Of a DNA stretch of 64,000 bases, positions 52,061 through 64,000 are shown piece after piece. Source of the DNA: Azolla caroliniana. Taxonomy: Eukaryota; Plantae; Polypodiophyta. Below the pieces are notes generated by a model, which saw only the letters and a program-made list of their open reading frames with translations, did no database searches and was not told the origin of the DNA. Each line of letters begins with the position of its first letter. Position 1 is the stretch's first letter. The position numbers and the translations under genes are program-made. The DNA lies in assembly GCA_043228905.1 (NCBI GenBank), contig JBHGNT010000064.1, forward strand, positions 62,001-126,000. Direction: 5' to 3'.

Positions 52061-52761
52061 TGACGGGAACTCAAGGCTCCTTTTGCACAACGCTCGGCCA
52101 CAACCGAGCTTAGGATCATACACAGAAAACGGGAAACAAATGCACGCGACACAAAGGAGAGAAAAGGTACACAGAATGTTTACGTGGAAAACCCAAAGAG
52201 GGAAAAACCACGGCAGCCCACAGGCGGCAAACTATCACTATGTTGGAATGTACAAAACAATGAGTTCACGGAGGCAACGACCTCGTGCTCACGATCTTCG
52301 CCACAGGCGGCGGTTACAACAGAGGCAACGACCTCTTTCTCTCTCTCTCTCTCTGTACATTGTTACGTGCTCTCTCTTCTTCTTGCACCAACAAGAAAAT
52401 GACAACAACGACAACTAAAAATTTGCCCTAAGTCATATTTATACTAATATGACTTTTCGGCTATTTACAAATATAGCCTCGATGGGCTCTCAGAAACATA
52501 TTTACGAATATGTCTCTTCTTCCGGTTCTCACCGGGCCTGCACCATCCGGCTCTCTGTAGCCGGGTACTCCTCATCCGGTTCTCAACAGGTTTGCACCAT
52601 CCGGCTCTCCGTAGCCGGGTACTTCTCATCCGGTTCATACCGGGCCTGCACCATCCGGCTTTCCATAGCCGGGTACTCCTCTTCTGGTTTCGGCCTCGGC
52701 CGAGATTGTTCGTCGGCACTGTTCTTCTCCCTTCCCATCCGGAGGGACCTGTCTCCCAACA
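52061..52761 (-). mobile_element. Solo LTR of Copia family C (3 copies of the 54-bp repeat)
   Basis: Reverse complement of the C LTR; TSD GTTCA at 52056-52060 and 52762-52766. Confidence 0.9.
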
Positions 52762-53290
52762 GTTCAATCATTTGTCACTCAGCATGCTCTTTGGCCATTC
52801 GCTGGGACATCTTTATCTGCTATGTCGCCAGGAACTCCATGAGCTTGTAAGTTGTGCCGAATTGCAAGAGTGCACCAAATTCATGGGCCATGTCCAAGAT
52901 GTTGGGATAAGACAACACTTCGCTTTCCACCGTCAACACACCTTTACCGCGTTGCGATTGTGTGGTTATTATTGGTCGCGGCTCGGATATCAACTATAGT
53001 GTCGTAGTGGCCTCTGTAAGAACGGGGTCTTCAACGTGTGGGGCCATATCTTTAACCAGTCCGCGACCATCCTTTCTGTCCAAACTCCTGCACTTGGGTT
53101 TTGGACTCTGCATGTCGCCTCTTGCTCGTCTTGGAGCATTGTTGGTTGTGCTTCGCCAGAGTGAGCGCGGTTTGTTTGCAAGTTGTCTTGTGACGAGGCA
53201 GCTTTTGTTTTGTAGGGGTTTGCTTCTTCCTCCCATTCCATCGTCGCGAGGTCAGCTAATTTTCATTTTGCTGACCGTGGTGTAGGTGTT

Positions 53291-54340
53291 TGGCAGATCC
53301 AACAGCTCGAGTGGAGACAAGGCCCGGTTCGACTGGACGCACCGACTCTAAATGAGGAAGATTGAGGAAGGCGATTGGATGTTGTTCTACGACAGCAACC
53401 TCGACAATCAGCACCGGTTGACCCGGAAATTCGTGCGATGGTGGTTTAGGCCATATGTGGTGACAAGCGCAAACAACAATGGCGGAGCTCGACGAGACGA
53501 GGATCACGGTTCCGGTCTCGGGTAAACGGATCAAGGACTTTAAGAAACGGCACGACGCGGAACCGAATCCAGAGGCGGAAGAAGAAACTGTCGAGATCGA
53601 GGAGTCAGATGAAGACCAGACCGGTGACGGATCGAGCAATGACGAGTAAAGGTTGAGCCGGAATTCCCACCATTACACTACTTGGTACATGTCGGAGAAT
53701 GTGCGGTTTGGTGGGGGTGGATGTCGTGAAGGATTCCAACTTCGAGGAGAAAAGGGCTGGATGCGTGTGAACGGGGTGTGTGCAAGGATGCACACGGAAA
53801 TGTACAAAAACATACATATATAACATAGGACTAGTAAGTACTAGATAGTATGGTTTAATGGGTACTTTAAAGACCCAAACGCATAGAGAGAATACAAGGA
53901 TTTGATGTGAACAAAATGTGGGGGGGGGGGGAGGGGGAATCTCTAACTTTGATCACGATGTAACAATCTCCCCTTGTCCCCTTGTGCTATAAAAGCGGAA
54001 CCTTAAGCCTGGTTTAGGTACCGACGTATTAGGATGACAAAGTGTTGTCGGTTTGAGTGCCAAGCTCTCTTTCTCTCTCCCTCTCTCCTTGGCTCTCTAT
54101 TTTCCCTGTGTGTTCCATGCTGATTCGGGGAAGAAGATGAAGCCTCTACTCGCGTAGGAAGCCAGTGAGCTCCCGACTAGAGGTTCATCGTTCCATGGGT
54201 GCTTGTGGTGGTTTAAGTTCGGAGCACCATTGACGGACAAGTTTGGTTGTATTCTTTCATTCTTTGTTAATCATTAGTATTTTGATGTGTCTTATTCCCA
54301 TTTAGTCTCTGTTGTGTATGTGTCTGAGTTTGCGGGCCCG
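53291..54340 (+). mobile_element. 3' fragment of a Trp-lineage gypsy element (integrase tail, PPT, LTR from 53722)
   Basis: IEEGDW..YDS.L.NQH...RKF...WF.PY..ELD.T...PVSGKRIK matches the tail of E; PPT GGTTTGGTGGGGGTGGA then TGTCGTGA; ends approximate. Confidence 0.7.
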
Positions 54341-55348
54341 TGATCTCATTACTGATGTCCGACATTTTGACCGGAACAATACACTTCTTCAGACCGTGCG
54401 CTAACCGTCTGAGATCCGGGAATCATTCCTGATGGGACACGCGTCCAAAAACGAACTAACAAAGCCCTTCGGACATTGTTCCGGGTTTCCTTCTCCCTTA
54501 CCGACACCTTGGTCCGAGACCCCGGTTGTCCCACCCCATTTCCATATGCGCACGCAGATTTTTTCGCGACACCGGCTTTCGATATTAGCTTCTGTTCGGC
54601 TTTCGGTGTCGGCATTTTCCGTGGCAGTTTCGGTTTACCCTCAAGCCTGTCACGAAGGCTTGTAGTGTTAGAGGGTCGAAGACTGAGTGCTTGCATCTCG
54701 TCATCCATGTCTTCCATCCACCGGTGGTCACGAGGTGCTTCTATAAAGCTTTCGGGCTCTTGTTCGGCCACCACATTCATCGCGAAGGCATAGGTATGGG
54801 TCATATACTCGTTGTATCCGAACCGAGTGACCAGGTTCTTCTCTCTAGAAGAGCGTCAAAGTTTTTTGTTTGCCGATCTGAACGTCTTTTGTTCTTCAGG
54901 TGTTGGCATAATGGGTACACCAAACTCACTGTCTAGTGAGCGAGCCGACACTTCCGAATCAGTGTTGTTGGGGTGGTCGACTTCATATTCGGGAACCTTA
55001 CCTTTTCCTTTGTCTAATTTCGGACTTGGTGGTGACATGGTTTGGTCGCATAAAGGCTGATGTGGTCCATTGAGCTTGGTAGAGCTTGGACTGTCCTTTG
55101 GTAGAGGACTTGGCCGAATATTGTCATCCGAGTTGACGTTCAACTCTTCCTCAATCGGGTCGACTGGACCCGAATTGGGCTTATACCATGATGCCGCTTT
55201 CAAGAACTACATCCAGACTTACCCGAACCGCTCGGGTCGACTGGTTGAAGCACTTGTATCACTTTTTCTCCAACTTTGCATTGAGCTTCTATCATTTTTC
55301 ATTCGGGATGCACGTATCCGCAATGCTTCCGAACACTTTGAGGTAGGC
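54341..55348 (-). mobile_element. Deleted Copia fragment (A-like), integrase C-terminus to RT start, possible 3' end
   Basis: Minus strand LKVFGSIA, YKCFN, EPESFIEA..W...MDDEMQAL; GGCTTGAGGG PPT-like site near 54640. Confidence 0.6.
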
Positions 55349-58087
55349 TGGGGGCTCATTGATGAGCATTGAAGTACGAGTCAATACTTTTGTCAGTCCG
55401 TATGGACTTGTATAAAAGTGCTCTCTGAGCACATCCTATGTACAGAGTTTTAGAGTATTGTTTTGGAATAGAGTTTTCTGTGTTCTGCTCTCTCTATCTC
55501 TCCCAGTATGCTGTGTTGATTAAGCTTTCCATTAAACCTTCCTTGTCTCTTGCCTTTTGTCTGTTGTTACCCGGTTGTTTCTGTTAAGCTTCCGCGTGTA
55601 TTCTTTTACATGGTATCAGAGCTCGAGGGTTGAGATCCTTTGCTGCCGACAAGCAGAAAAACCCTAATCATAGTGAAGAACAGAAGAAGGAAAGAATGGA
55701 CAGAGGAATGGCTAGCTCGCTTCCGACGGAGAAGCTCGACAGAAGCAACTACACATCTTGGTCGTACAAGATGCACCACTACCTACTCGGGCATGGCTAC
55801 TGGAGTTATGTCGATGGAGCTAATGACGCAGCACCCGAATCGACACACAGAAATTTCCCGGCCTAGGAACAGGCGGCAAGTAGAGTTCTCTACTGCTTTG
55901 CATCCTTTGTCAGCGATCAACTTCTGAGCTACATTCAGGATGCGAGGACGCTGAAGGATGCTTGGGGAAACCTGAAGAAGATTTCCGCCGCGAGCACCAC
56001 AACCAGAAAGCTCCAACTCAAGCAAGAGTTAAGCAATGTTCGACAACGAGATATGTTGGTGGCTGATTACACCTCCAAGATCAAGGACATCTTTGACTCT
56101 CTTGCCTCTATCAATGTAAACTTCGAGGAGGATGAAATGGTTCGAGGGCTAGCGTCGAAGTTTGGAGCATTCCGAACTATGGTCTGTATGAGGGAGAATA
56201 CGTCGTCATTTTTCGACTTACAGTCGATGTTCCTAATAGAGGATAACCACGCGGGTGTGTCAACGAGTACACACGATGACAACAAGATGATGTACACGGA
56301 AGGTTCGATGGTGGGACAGAGTACTTCTCTGAGCACTTCTCAAGTTATCTACAGAAAGAGAGAATTCGACGTGAATTCTCGTGTAGATACACACCACAGC
56401 TGAACCACATGGCTGACAGGAAGAATCGAATGATAGAGGAGGCGGCAAGGGCGATGCTTGAAGAGAAGCATCTACTGGGGTAATATTGGGCCGAAACGGT
56501 CATAACATCCGTATAGCTCCAGAATTGGGCATCCGCCAATGCAGGAGCGTCGCCACATCAGTCATACTTTAAGAAGAAGCCGAACTTGGCACACTTGAGG
56601 GTCTTCGGTAGCATCGCCTATATGTATGTGCAAAAGGAGAAATGGAGGAAACTAGACGCCAAAGCCAAGAAGTGTAACTTGGTTGGCTACTCGGATGAAT
56701 AGAAGGGTTATAAGTGTTATAACCCCCGAACCAAACAATCTCGCATAAGTCATTATGTTGTGTTTGACAAGTCCGCGTCATGGTACTTGCCTTCGCCTCC
56801 AACCCCTGAGGACTCCATTCTAATCTCTGACCAAGAGGTCAGTGAGGCTAAAATGGCTCGGGACGAAGAAGACATTGGAGCCTTTGCAGAGAGTCCAATC
56901 TCATTCAGGCTAAATGTATTATAGATCTAGGTACTAAAGTAAGCTTAAGATAAGGATAAAGTAATGATAGATAGAAAGGAGAAAGAGAAAGAAGGGTGTC
57001 GATCCACCCGACCACCCCCGAGCGAAGGGATCGAGACGGACTCGAGCCTCAATCGGCGTCCCATACCACCGCCGTGGCGTCGAGTCGTACCTAGTGCTGG
57101 CGCGCTCGCTACAAGAGTTGACCCACCACAAGAGTAGAGTCTCGATGTAGTCAAAAGATGATCCAATGAGGGTAGCTAGGCCTCTTATTTATAGAGATAC
57201 CCAAGGCCCCCAGGCAAGTTCACACTTGACCTAATGGGTTGTCTCAATCCCGAGGATTAAAAGTAATCCTCCCCTTCTTTACACTCTCGTTTAACCCTCA
57301 CACTTATCCACGTGTATAGAATACTACGGTAAATTCTCACCATGGGATATTAAATGGTCATGCCCGTAACATAATGGGCTGAATGAGTGACTGAGTCGGC
57401 ATGACCAGTCAGACACAGAGCCGGCAAGTAGTGGAGACTCGACCATGCATTCCCCGCACAGGAAGCCGAGGAGACGGTTTACGCACAAAGAGAAAGGGAA
57501 GAAGAAGATGCCGGAGTACGGCACTGATAAAGACGAGTTGGATCGAATCAAATCCGACTCTAAGAAGAATGAAGACAGACCTTCGTAAACGAAGTCCGCA
57601 TCGGCCAAGTGGGCCTCAAAATCGGCTAATGAGCAATTACGCCGATCTACCCGCCAGAAGAACCCCGTGAAGCAGTTTGAATATAATGAGTACATGGCAC
57701 ATCATTATGTGTACATGACGCGAGTGGTGGAAGTGCATGAGCCGGGGACCTACGTAGAAGCAACAAAGGACGCAAATTGGCGTGCCGTAATGGAGGAAGA
57801 GATGCACGCATTAGCGAAAAATGAAACATGGGACCTGGTTGACGCCCAAAAGGGTGTAAAGCCGATTGCATGCAGGTGGGTGTACAAGGTCAAGTATAAC
57901 ACCGACGCCTCTGTCAATCGCTACAAGGCCCAGTTACTGGTGAAGGGATACACACAGCAACACGACATCAAGTACGATGAGACCTTTGGGTTGGTCGTAA
58001 AGATGACAACCGTCCGTGTCCTACTTGCAGTAGCCGTGGTAAAGGGGTGGCATTTACATCAGATAAATGTAAAGAATGTGTTCCTGC
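55349..58087 (+). mobile_element. Copia element A2 (family A), internally deleted
   Basis: Short LTR 55349-55610 homologous to both ends of the A LTR; PBS TGGTATCAGAGC at 55611; gag close to A; jump to integrase at ~56310; RT to HQINVKNVFL. Confidence 0.8.
56917..57371 (-). mobile_element. Probable solo LTR (TGTTAC...ATAATA termini on the minus strand)
   Basis: Flanked by AAATG/TAATG (one mismatch); TATAAATA on the minus strand; Copia A2 sequence continues across it. Confidence 0.65.
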
Positions 58088-60037
58088 TGTTGGGAAGCCG
58101 GCCCCTCCGGATGGGATCCGGTCATGAATGAAGAGGACCCAGTGAGAACCGGAAGAGATTCGCAAACCGGATCAGATGGACCGGGTGAGAACCAGAAGAG
58201 AAGACATATTTGTAAATATTTTTTGAGTAAACCTATTGAGGCTATATTTGTAAATAACCCTAAGTTCATATAAGTATAAATATGACTTAGGGAAATCACT
58301 TTATGAGGAGTGGTTGCCATATTGTTGTTGATATAACTGTTGTATAGAGTGAGAGGAGATACAAAATTATACTCTGTTGTAACCTCCGATTGACGAAGAT
58401 ACAAAGCTCGAGGTTGTTGCCTTTGAGTCTCTGATTGTATCTTTCCTATATATAGTGATAGCTTGGAGTCTGTGGGCTCCCGTGGTTTTTTCCCATTAGG
58501 GTTTTCCACGTAAACATTATGTGTACTCTCTACTTCCCATTTTTGTGTTTTTCATTCTCATTGAAGTGATTCAAGACTCGGTTTGGCTGAGCAATATTCC
58601 GCGCTATTCTTTACAATTTGGTATTAGAGCGAACAACACAGGAAATGGAAGAATTGTTCGGCGACATGTTCAAGCTCACCGGCTCCAATTACTCAGTGTG
58701 GAAGTTGAAGATGAGGGCTATGCTGATGGTTAAAGATCTTTGGTTGCAGGTTAAGTTCGGGGACAAGAGACCGGATAAGATCGACACCATAGTGTGTGAG
58801 GTGATGCACATGAAGACGATGACATACATATGATGCTTCATCGACATGAGCATGTACAACAACTTCAATGAAGAGAGCAAGGCTCATGAACTCTGGGAGA
58901 AGATCAACATCATGTTCTAGAACAAGAATGCCATTAATCGGGTTTCGGTATTCTAGAAGCTAGTGAAGCTCTGGTACCAGGACTGCTCCAATATGGCCGA
59001 GCACATGAATGCCTTCCAGGGGCCAATACACTAAGCAACCTGGTTGGAAGTACCTCTCGCCGATGAGGTACTCACATTACTCCTGCTCGATTCCCTCCCG
59101 GATAGTTGGGAGACGCTAGTTGTAACGTTGGGCAACGCAGGGCTGGAGGGAAAACAATTGTCCCTAGCAAGAGTCAAGTCAAGCCTGCTAGATGAAGAAG
59201 CTCGCCAGAAGGACTGGGAGTCCAGAAACGATCTAAAGGCCTTAGTGACGGAAGATGACCACAACTGGGGAAGAGGCCGGTATCAAAGTCCCCAGAACCG
59301 GGACAAATCGGGGACGAGATCGAAGTCAAGGGGGAGGCCTACTTGCTTCTATTGTGGGAAGTCGGGGCATTTCTAGAAGAGAAAGAAAGAGAAAGAAACC
59401 AGCATTGTAGATTCGTAGAAGAGTTCGGACTAGAGAGGCCCGGATCGGAAAGGAGCGTCAGCAATCGCGACAAGTGAAGAGGAACTGATGCTCATTACTA
59501 AGAAAAATGAGTTAAACCTTGTTAGCGACGAGACAACGTGGGTTGTCGATTCCGGAGCGTCGTTCCACCTGACACTGGATCGGAAATGCTTCTCATCCTA
59601 CACAATAGGTGATCATGGTTGTGTTCGTAAGGGGAATGAAGGTACATGCCAAATTATTGGATTAAGAGATGTGTTGTTGACGACATTAACCAGATGCAAG
59701 TTGCTATTGAAGGATGTTCGACACGTTCCGGAGGTTCGACTAAACCTGATATCAGTCGGTCAACTAGATGATGAAGGCTACACAGGTAGTATCCGGAAGG
59801 GAGACATGAAGTTCCGCAAAGGGAGCCTAATAGTGGCTCGAGCCCGGCAGTTCAACACACTATACTTGATGAATGCTCGGATATGCCGGGAAGAAGTGAA
59901 CGTAGCATCCAACACTACCGGTGAGCTGTGGCACAAGAGAATGTGTCATATGAGCCAGAAGGGGATGAAGAGACTTGCCGAAGACAATCTCATTGCGGTA
60001 AAGGACGTGCAACTTGAGAAGTGCATCGATTTCTTGG

Positions 60038-60260
60038 TGTTGTAGGTTTTACGGTTAGGGTTCATGGTAATGATGATTATCGATGACGAAGATAGACATG
60101 GTGTAATAGTGGAGATGATGAATGGTATGATGGTGAGAGAGAACATGAAGAACAAGACAAGCATTGAGAAGCATTGTGGGGTGGGGGGTGGTGCCTAGAA
60201 TGGCTCCACCCCCCTCCCAAGGGGGTTCAACGTTAAGGGGAGAGAGAGGAAGAGAGATGA

Positions 60261-60305
<45 letters not shown>

Positions 60306-63300
60306 TGATTATTTCATATTTCATTCATTCCCCATAAGGGGTTAAATAGTACAAGAGGGGGTAGATACAAAGGGATGTAAGCCCCCTAGAGCATTCATAC
60401 TGGACACTCACTCACAGCTCCTCCTATCCATCCACATGCACACACGTGTGCATGTGTTCACATACGTATCGACTCACAATTACATTTATGCCCCCTACAC
60501 ACACACAACATCATGATAACATTCGACCCTTGCTCATCACACTTAACTCTCCGTACATCTCGTACGGGGTAACACAATATGGCACGCCCGTGGGAAAGTG
60601 CCTTGCACGTCGATCCCACATGCCTTGATGATGATATTTCTTCGACCGGAACTTCCATCGGTCTTCTCAACGATCGACTCCCTCGATCGGAGCGCTTGAC
60701 TCGAATATCTCCTTCGGTCAGCGACTTCATCGACACGAACATTCTCGTTCTGTCGGTTCACGAACATTGATATCATGGGTCCAAAAACGTTGTGTATGTG
60801 TATCTTCCTTTTGTTGATTTTGTGAGTTGTGTGTCGATCACATCCATTTCTTTTAGGTTGATGAGTTTTCGAAATTTCGTAGGTGCCCTTTGATTTTTAA
60901 AATTTTAATTATGTACGCTCTAATTTTTGAAATTTTACTCGATACCCTCAAGGTTTCAAAATTTGTCTCGTACCCCTATTTTATCTTTTTCCCTCTCTTT
61001 TGCTTTTAGGTCATTTTTACCTTCCCTTCTGTATTTGTCTTCTTCTCTCTTCTCTTCCTCCTGTCTGTCTGTGTCTCCTTCTGCTTCTTCTCTCCCTCTG
61101 ATTCTCCCGCTTGATTCTCTCTCTGTCCATGCCTCTATCTCTAGTGCCCGAATCTTGCTTTGCTCCTCCTCTCTGTTTCCTTCTTTCGTGTTGCTTTGGT
61201 CTGCGTTTTTCTTCTTCTTGTTCATTTCTGTTCTTCTTCTTTCTTCTTCTACTGCCATCGCTGTTTCTGGCATCATTTGCTGCTTTTTTTTTCTCCTCCC
61301 ATCGACCGTCTCTTTCGTCGGTTGTCTTCCTACTGCTAGTCGGCTGTCGATGCCTCCATCATTGTTGCCATCTCTATTTCCGTTGTCGTTGTCGTTTCCA
61401 TCGCTTGGCCTTGTCCGGCAATCATCATCGTTGTCCGTTGCCTTTGTCGGTCGTCCATCTTTGTCACCGTTTCAACCGTCATCCGGTCGTCGGTGTCTTG
61501 CGTCGTCGCCATCTTTATCTCTGTCTTTGGCTCCATCTTCGGCCGCCTATCCAGACGTTGCACTGATTACGCTTCCGCCATTAGACCGTCCGATGTCTGG
61601 CCATCTCCATGTTTGTCGTTGTCCAGTGTCGTCCGGTCCGGCGCCTTCATTTCAGCGCCATTCGGCCACTCCGACTGCTCTTCGGTCGCACTTCAGCCGA
61701 CTTTTTCCGGCCTCTCTTCCATATCTATCGGTGTCACCCCCCTGGGTAGGATACAGTCGACCGCTCTTCCGCTCCTATCCGGCCACACCGGCTTGTCTTT
61801 CACCGTTGTTTGTAGCTTTTTTGCCGCCGTCGTTCTCAATGAACATTTTGCCACCATTCGGCGTCGTCACCATATTCCGGCCGTAGCTGTCGCTGTCCTA
61901 TCGGTTCTTGTCATTCTGTTCATTTGTTTGGACCATTCCAGTATCGCTATTGCCGGCCGTCATTTGTCCGTCTCTGCTCGTCCTTGCTAGTCTCTATCCG
62001 GTCATCCTATGTCGCTGACTCTATTGGTTTCCATCAGTCTTCATTCGGTCTTCATACGGATGACGTTAGACTGCCGTTGTGGCCGTTGTTGTCCGGCCAT
62101 TCAGGCTCTCCGGCTCCTGTCCAGCCGCTCATCCGGATGTCTGTCCGTTGTCTTTTGGCTGTGCGTCTGGTCCGTCTTCTCGGTCATCTGTCTGGTTCTT
62201 TCCTACCCGTTTTCAGTTGTGTCGCTTGAGTCTGTATGCTTCCTTTTCGCCCGTCCATTCGTCTCTGTCTGTGCTTGTGCAGTCTAGCTTGTCCGGTTGC
62301 CTCGTTTTGTTTTGATATTGTATAGTCAGTCCTCCATGTCTTTTGGGCGTTGTCAGTTATTCTGGCCGTCAATGTCTCGTCAATGACAGCGTCTCCTTCT
62401 CTGTCTACATTGGCCCCTCTATGTTAACCAACTTTGGGTCAGGTTCTGATTCCGGTTCCGACTCTCTCTGTGTTGCTTCGTTTGGAACCATCTCTCGTGC
62501 ATTCTCGGCACATTTTGCCGGCCTCCGCTCCACATACTGCGTCTTCCACTGCAGTCTCCGGGTGGGCTTCTCTTTCCGGTCGTGTTGGCGCCGGTTCCCT
62601 CTGCGTCGCTGTTTGTCCAGCCGTGCATCTTGCACCACGCATTCAAAACACACACATTGTCGCTAACCGCATTCGGAACCACGCACATTGACACATTGAC
62701 TCGCACAAAACGTTGTTTCCATTTCTGCATTCCTCCATAGACTTCCTCCAACATCTTCACTGTCATTTCTACGTTTCGCCATTTCTTGCACTTAGTCGCT
62801 ATGGCTTGCACATCCGCGTATCATTCTTCGACTTCGTCTCCAAAGGGGGGTCACCTTAGTGGTCGCCAAAAGGTGTTGTATGTTTTAGGGTTACGGTTAG
62901 GGTTAAGGACGATGATAATCATGATAAAGATAGACATGGTGGTTATGATGATGATGGAGAGTATGGGATTGATGGTGAGAGAGATCATGTGCATTGACAA
63001 GCATTGCGGGGTGGGGGGTGGTGCCTAGAATGGCTCCACCCCCCTCCCAAGGGGGTTCAACGTTGAGGGGAGGGAAGAGAGAGAGAGAGAGAGAGAGATG
63101 AAAAGAGAGATAGATAGAGAGAAATGATTCATTCATTCCCCATAAGGGGTTAAATAGTACAAGAGGGGGTAGATACAAAGGGATGTAAGCCCCCTAGAGC
63201 ATTCATACTGGACACTCACTCACAGCTCCTCCTATCCATCCACATGCACACACGTGTGCATGTGTTCACATACGTATCGACTCACAATTACATTTATGCC

Positions 63301-63382
63301 CCCTACACACACACAACATCATGATAACATTCGACCCTCGCTCATCACACTTGACTCTCCGTACATCTCGTACGGGGTAACA
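60038..63382 (-). mobile_element. Non-autonomous LTR element B3
   Basis: LTRs 60038-60574 and 62874-63382; TSD CTTGG at 60033-60037 and 63383-63387. Confidence 0.92.
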
Positions 63383-63737
63383 CTTGGCCGGAAAGCAGAA
63401 CCGAACCTCCTTCTGGTCAAGAACACCAATGCGACAGAATGCACCATTGGAGCTGGTGCATACCGATGTGTGTCAAGTGGACACGAAGTCACATGCTGGA
63501 TCGCAATTCTTCGTGACATTCATAGATGACCACACCCGGAAGCTGTGGGTCTCACCATTGAAGACGAAGGATCAGGTACTATCCGTCTTCAAGGAACTCC
63601 ACGCGAGAGTGGAAAGACAAACCGGTTGGAAGCTAAAGGCGGTTTGAGCAGACAATGGAGGAGAATACCGGGGGCAGTTCAAGGAGTATTGCCGGTCGAA
63701 GGGAATTCAACTACAATTTAACGTGCTGAAGATGCCG

Positions 63738-63892
63738 GAACTGGACCATAATGGAGAGAGTCCACAACATGCTAATACCGGGGGCTGAACGGATGAACTG
63801 GACCATAATGGAGAGAGTCCACAACATGCTAATACCGGAGGCTGAACGGATGAACTAGACCATAATGGAGAGAGTCCACAGCATACTAATAC
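63738..63892 (+). repeat. 57-bp tandem triplication inside the C2 integrase
   Basis: GAACTGGACCATAATGGAGAGAGTCCACAACATGCTAATACC... recurs at 63738, 63795 and 63852. Confidence 0.85.
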
Positions 63893-64000
63893 ATGCCAAG
63901 TTACCCAAGAAGTTTTGGGCTAAGGCGCTGACGACGGCAACTTACGTGATAAACAGATCACCCTCAGTACCCTTGGACAGAGACACACCGCAAAGAGTAT

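Larger units (their letters stand above)
47578..53290 (-). mobile_element. 3' part of element G (F-related lineage): 3' LTR 47578-47850 plus degenerate coiled-coil extra ORF
   Basis: TGTTACC...GAACA LTR inserted in the RT of Copia A; minus-strand coiled-coil ORF pieces share motifs with the F extra ORF; interrupted by H and a solo LTR; right boundary approximate. Confidence 0.72.
58088..64000 (+). mobile_element. Copia element C2 (C-related), running off the window end
   Basis: LTR 58088-58615; PBS TGGTATTAGAGC at 58619; gag/PR/INT collinear with C1; CIDFL|AGKQNR across insertion B3. Confidence 0.87.

Noticed and set aside
63738-63892. 57-bp triplication as a functional integrase insertion
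   Set aside because: It lies in an element with many stops and disrupts the catalytic region; likely slippage or an assembly artefact.

Overview
Eukaryotic land-plant genomic DNA, probably a non-seed plant such as a fern (inferred from element lineages and SSR-rich exons; not proven). The first ~9.3 kb holds two convergent genes: an intronless plastid thioredoxin CDSP32 (+) and a 3-exon DUF604/Fringe-like glycosyltransferase (-). LINE remnants follow. From 13.8 kb to the end is a deeply nested LTR-retrotransposon pile, resolved mostly through target-site duplications (TSDs). It contains Copia elements, a near-intact non-chromovirus Ty3/gypsy element with an extra 3' ORF, a tRNA-Trp-primed gypsy lineage making 4-bp TSDs, a deleted chromovirus, solo LTRs and three copies of a ~3 kb non-autonomous element. 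The most unusual signal: five elements from three related families lack a polypurine tract next to the 3' LTR. They instead carry a copy of a tRNA-Arg 3' end (CCCAC-GG(G/A)CGTGCCA-like, i.e. an inverted PBS), suggesting tRNA-dependent second-strand priming. One of them is a single insertion with a perfect TSD but two unrelated LTRs. tRNA assignments are from memory of plant tRNAs and need checking.
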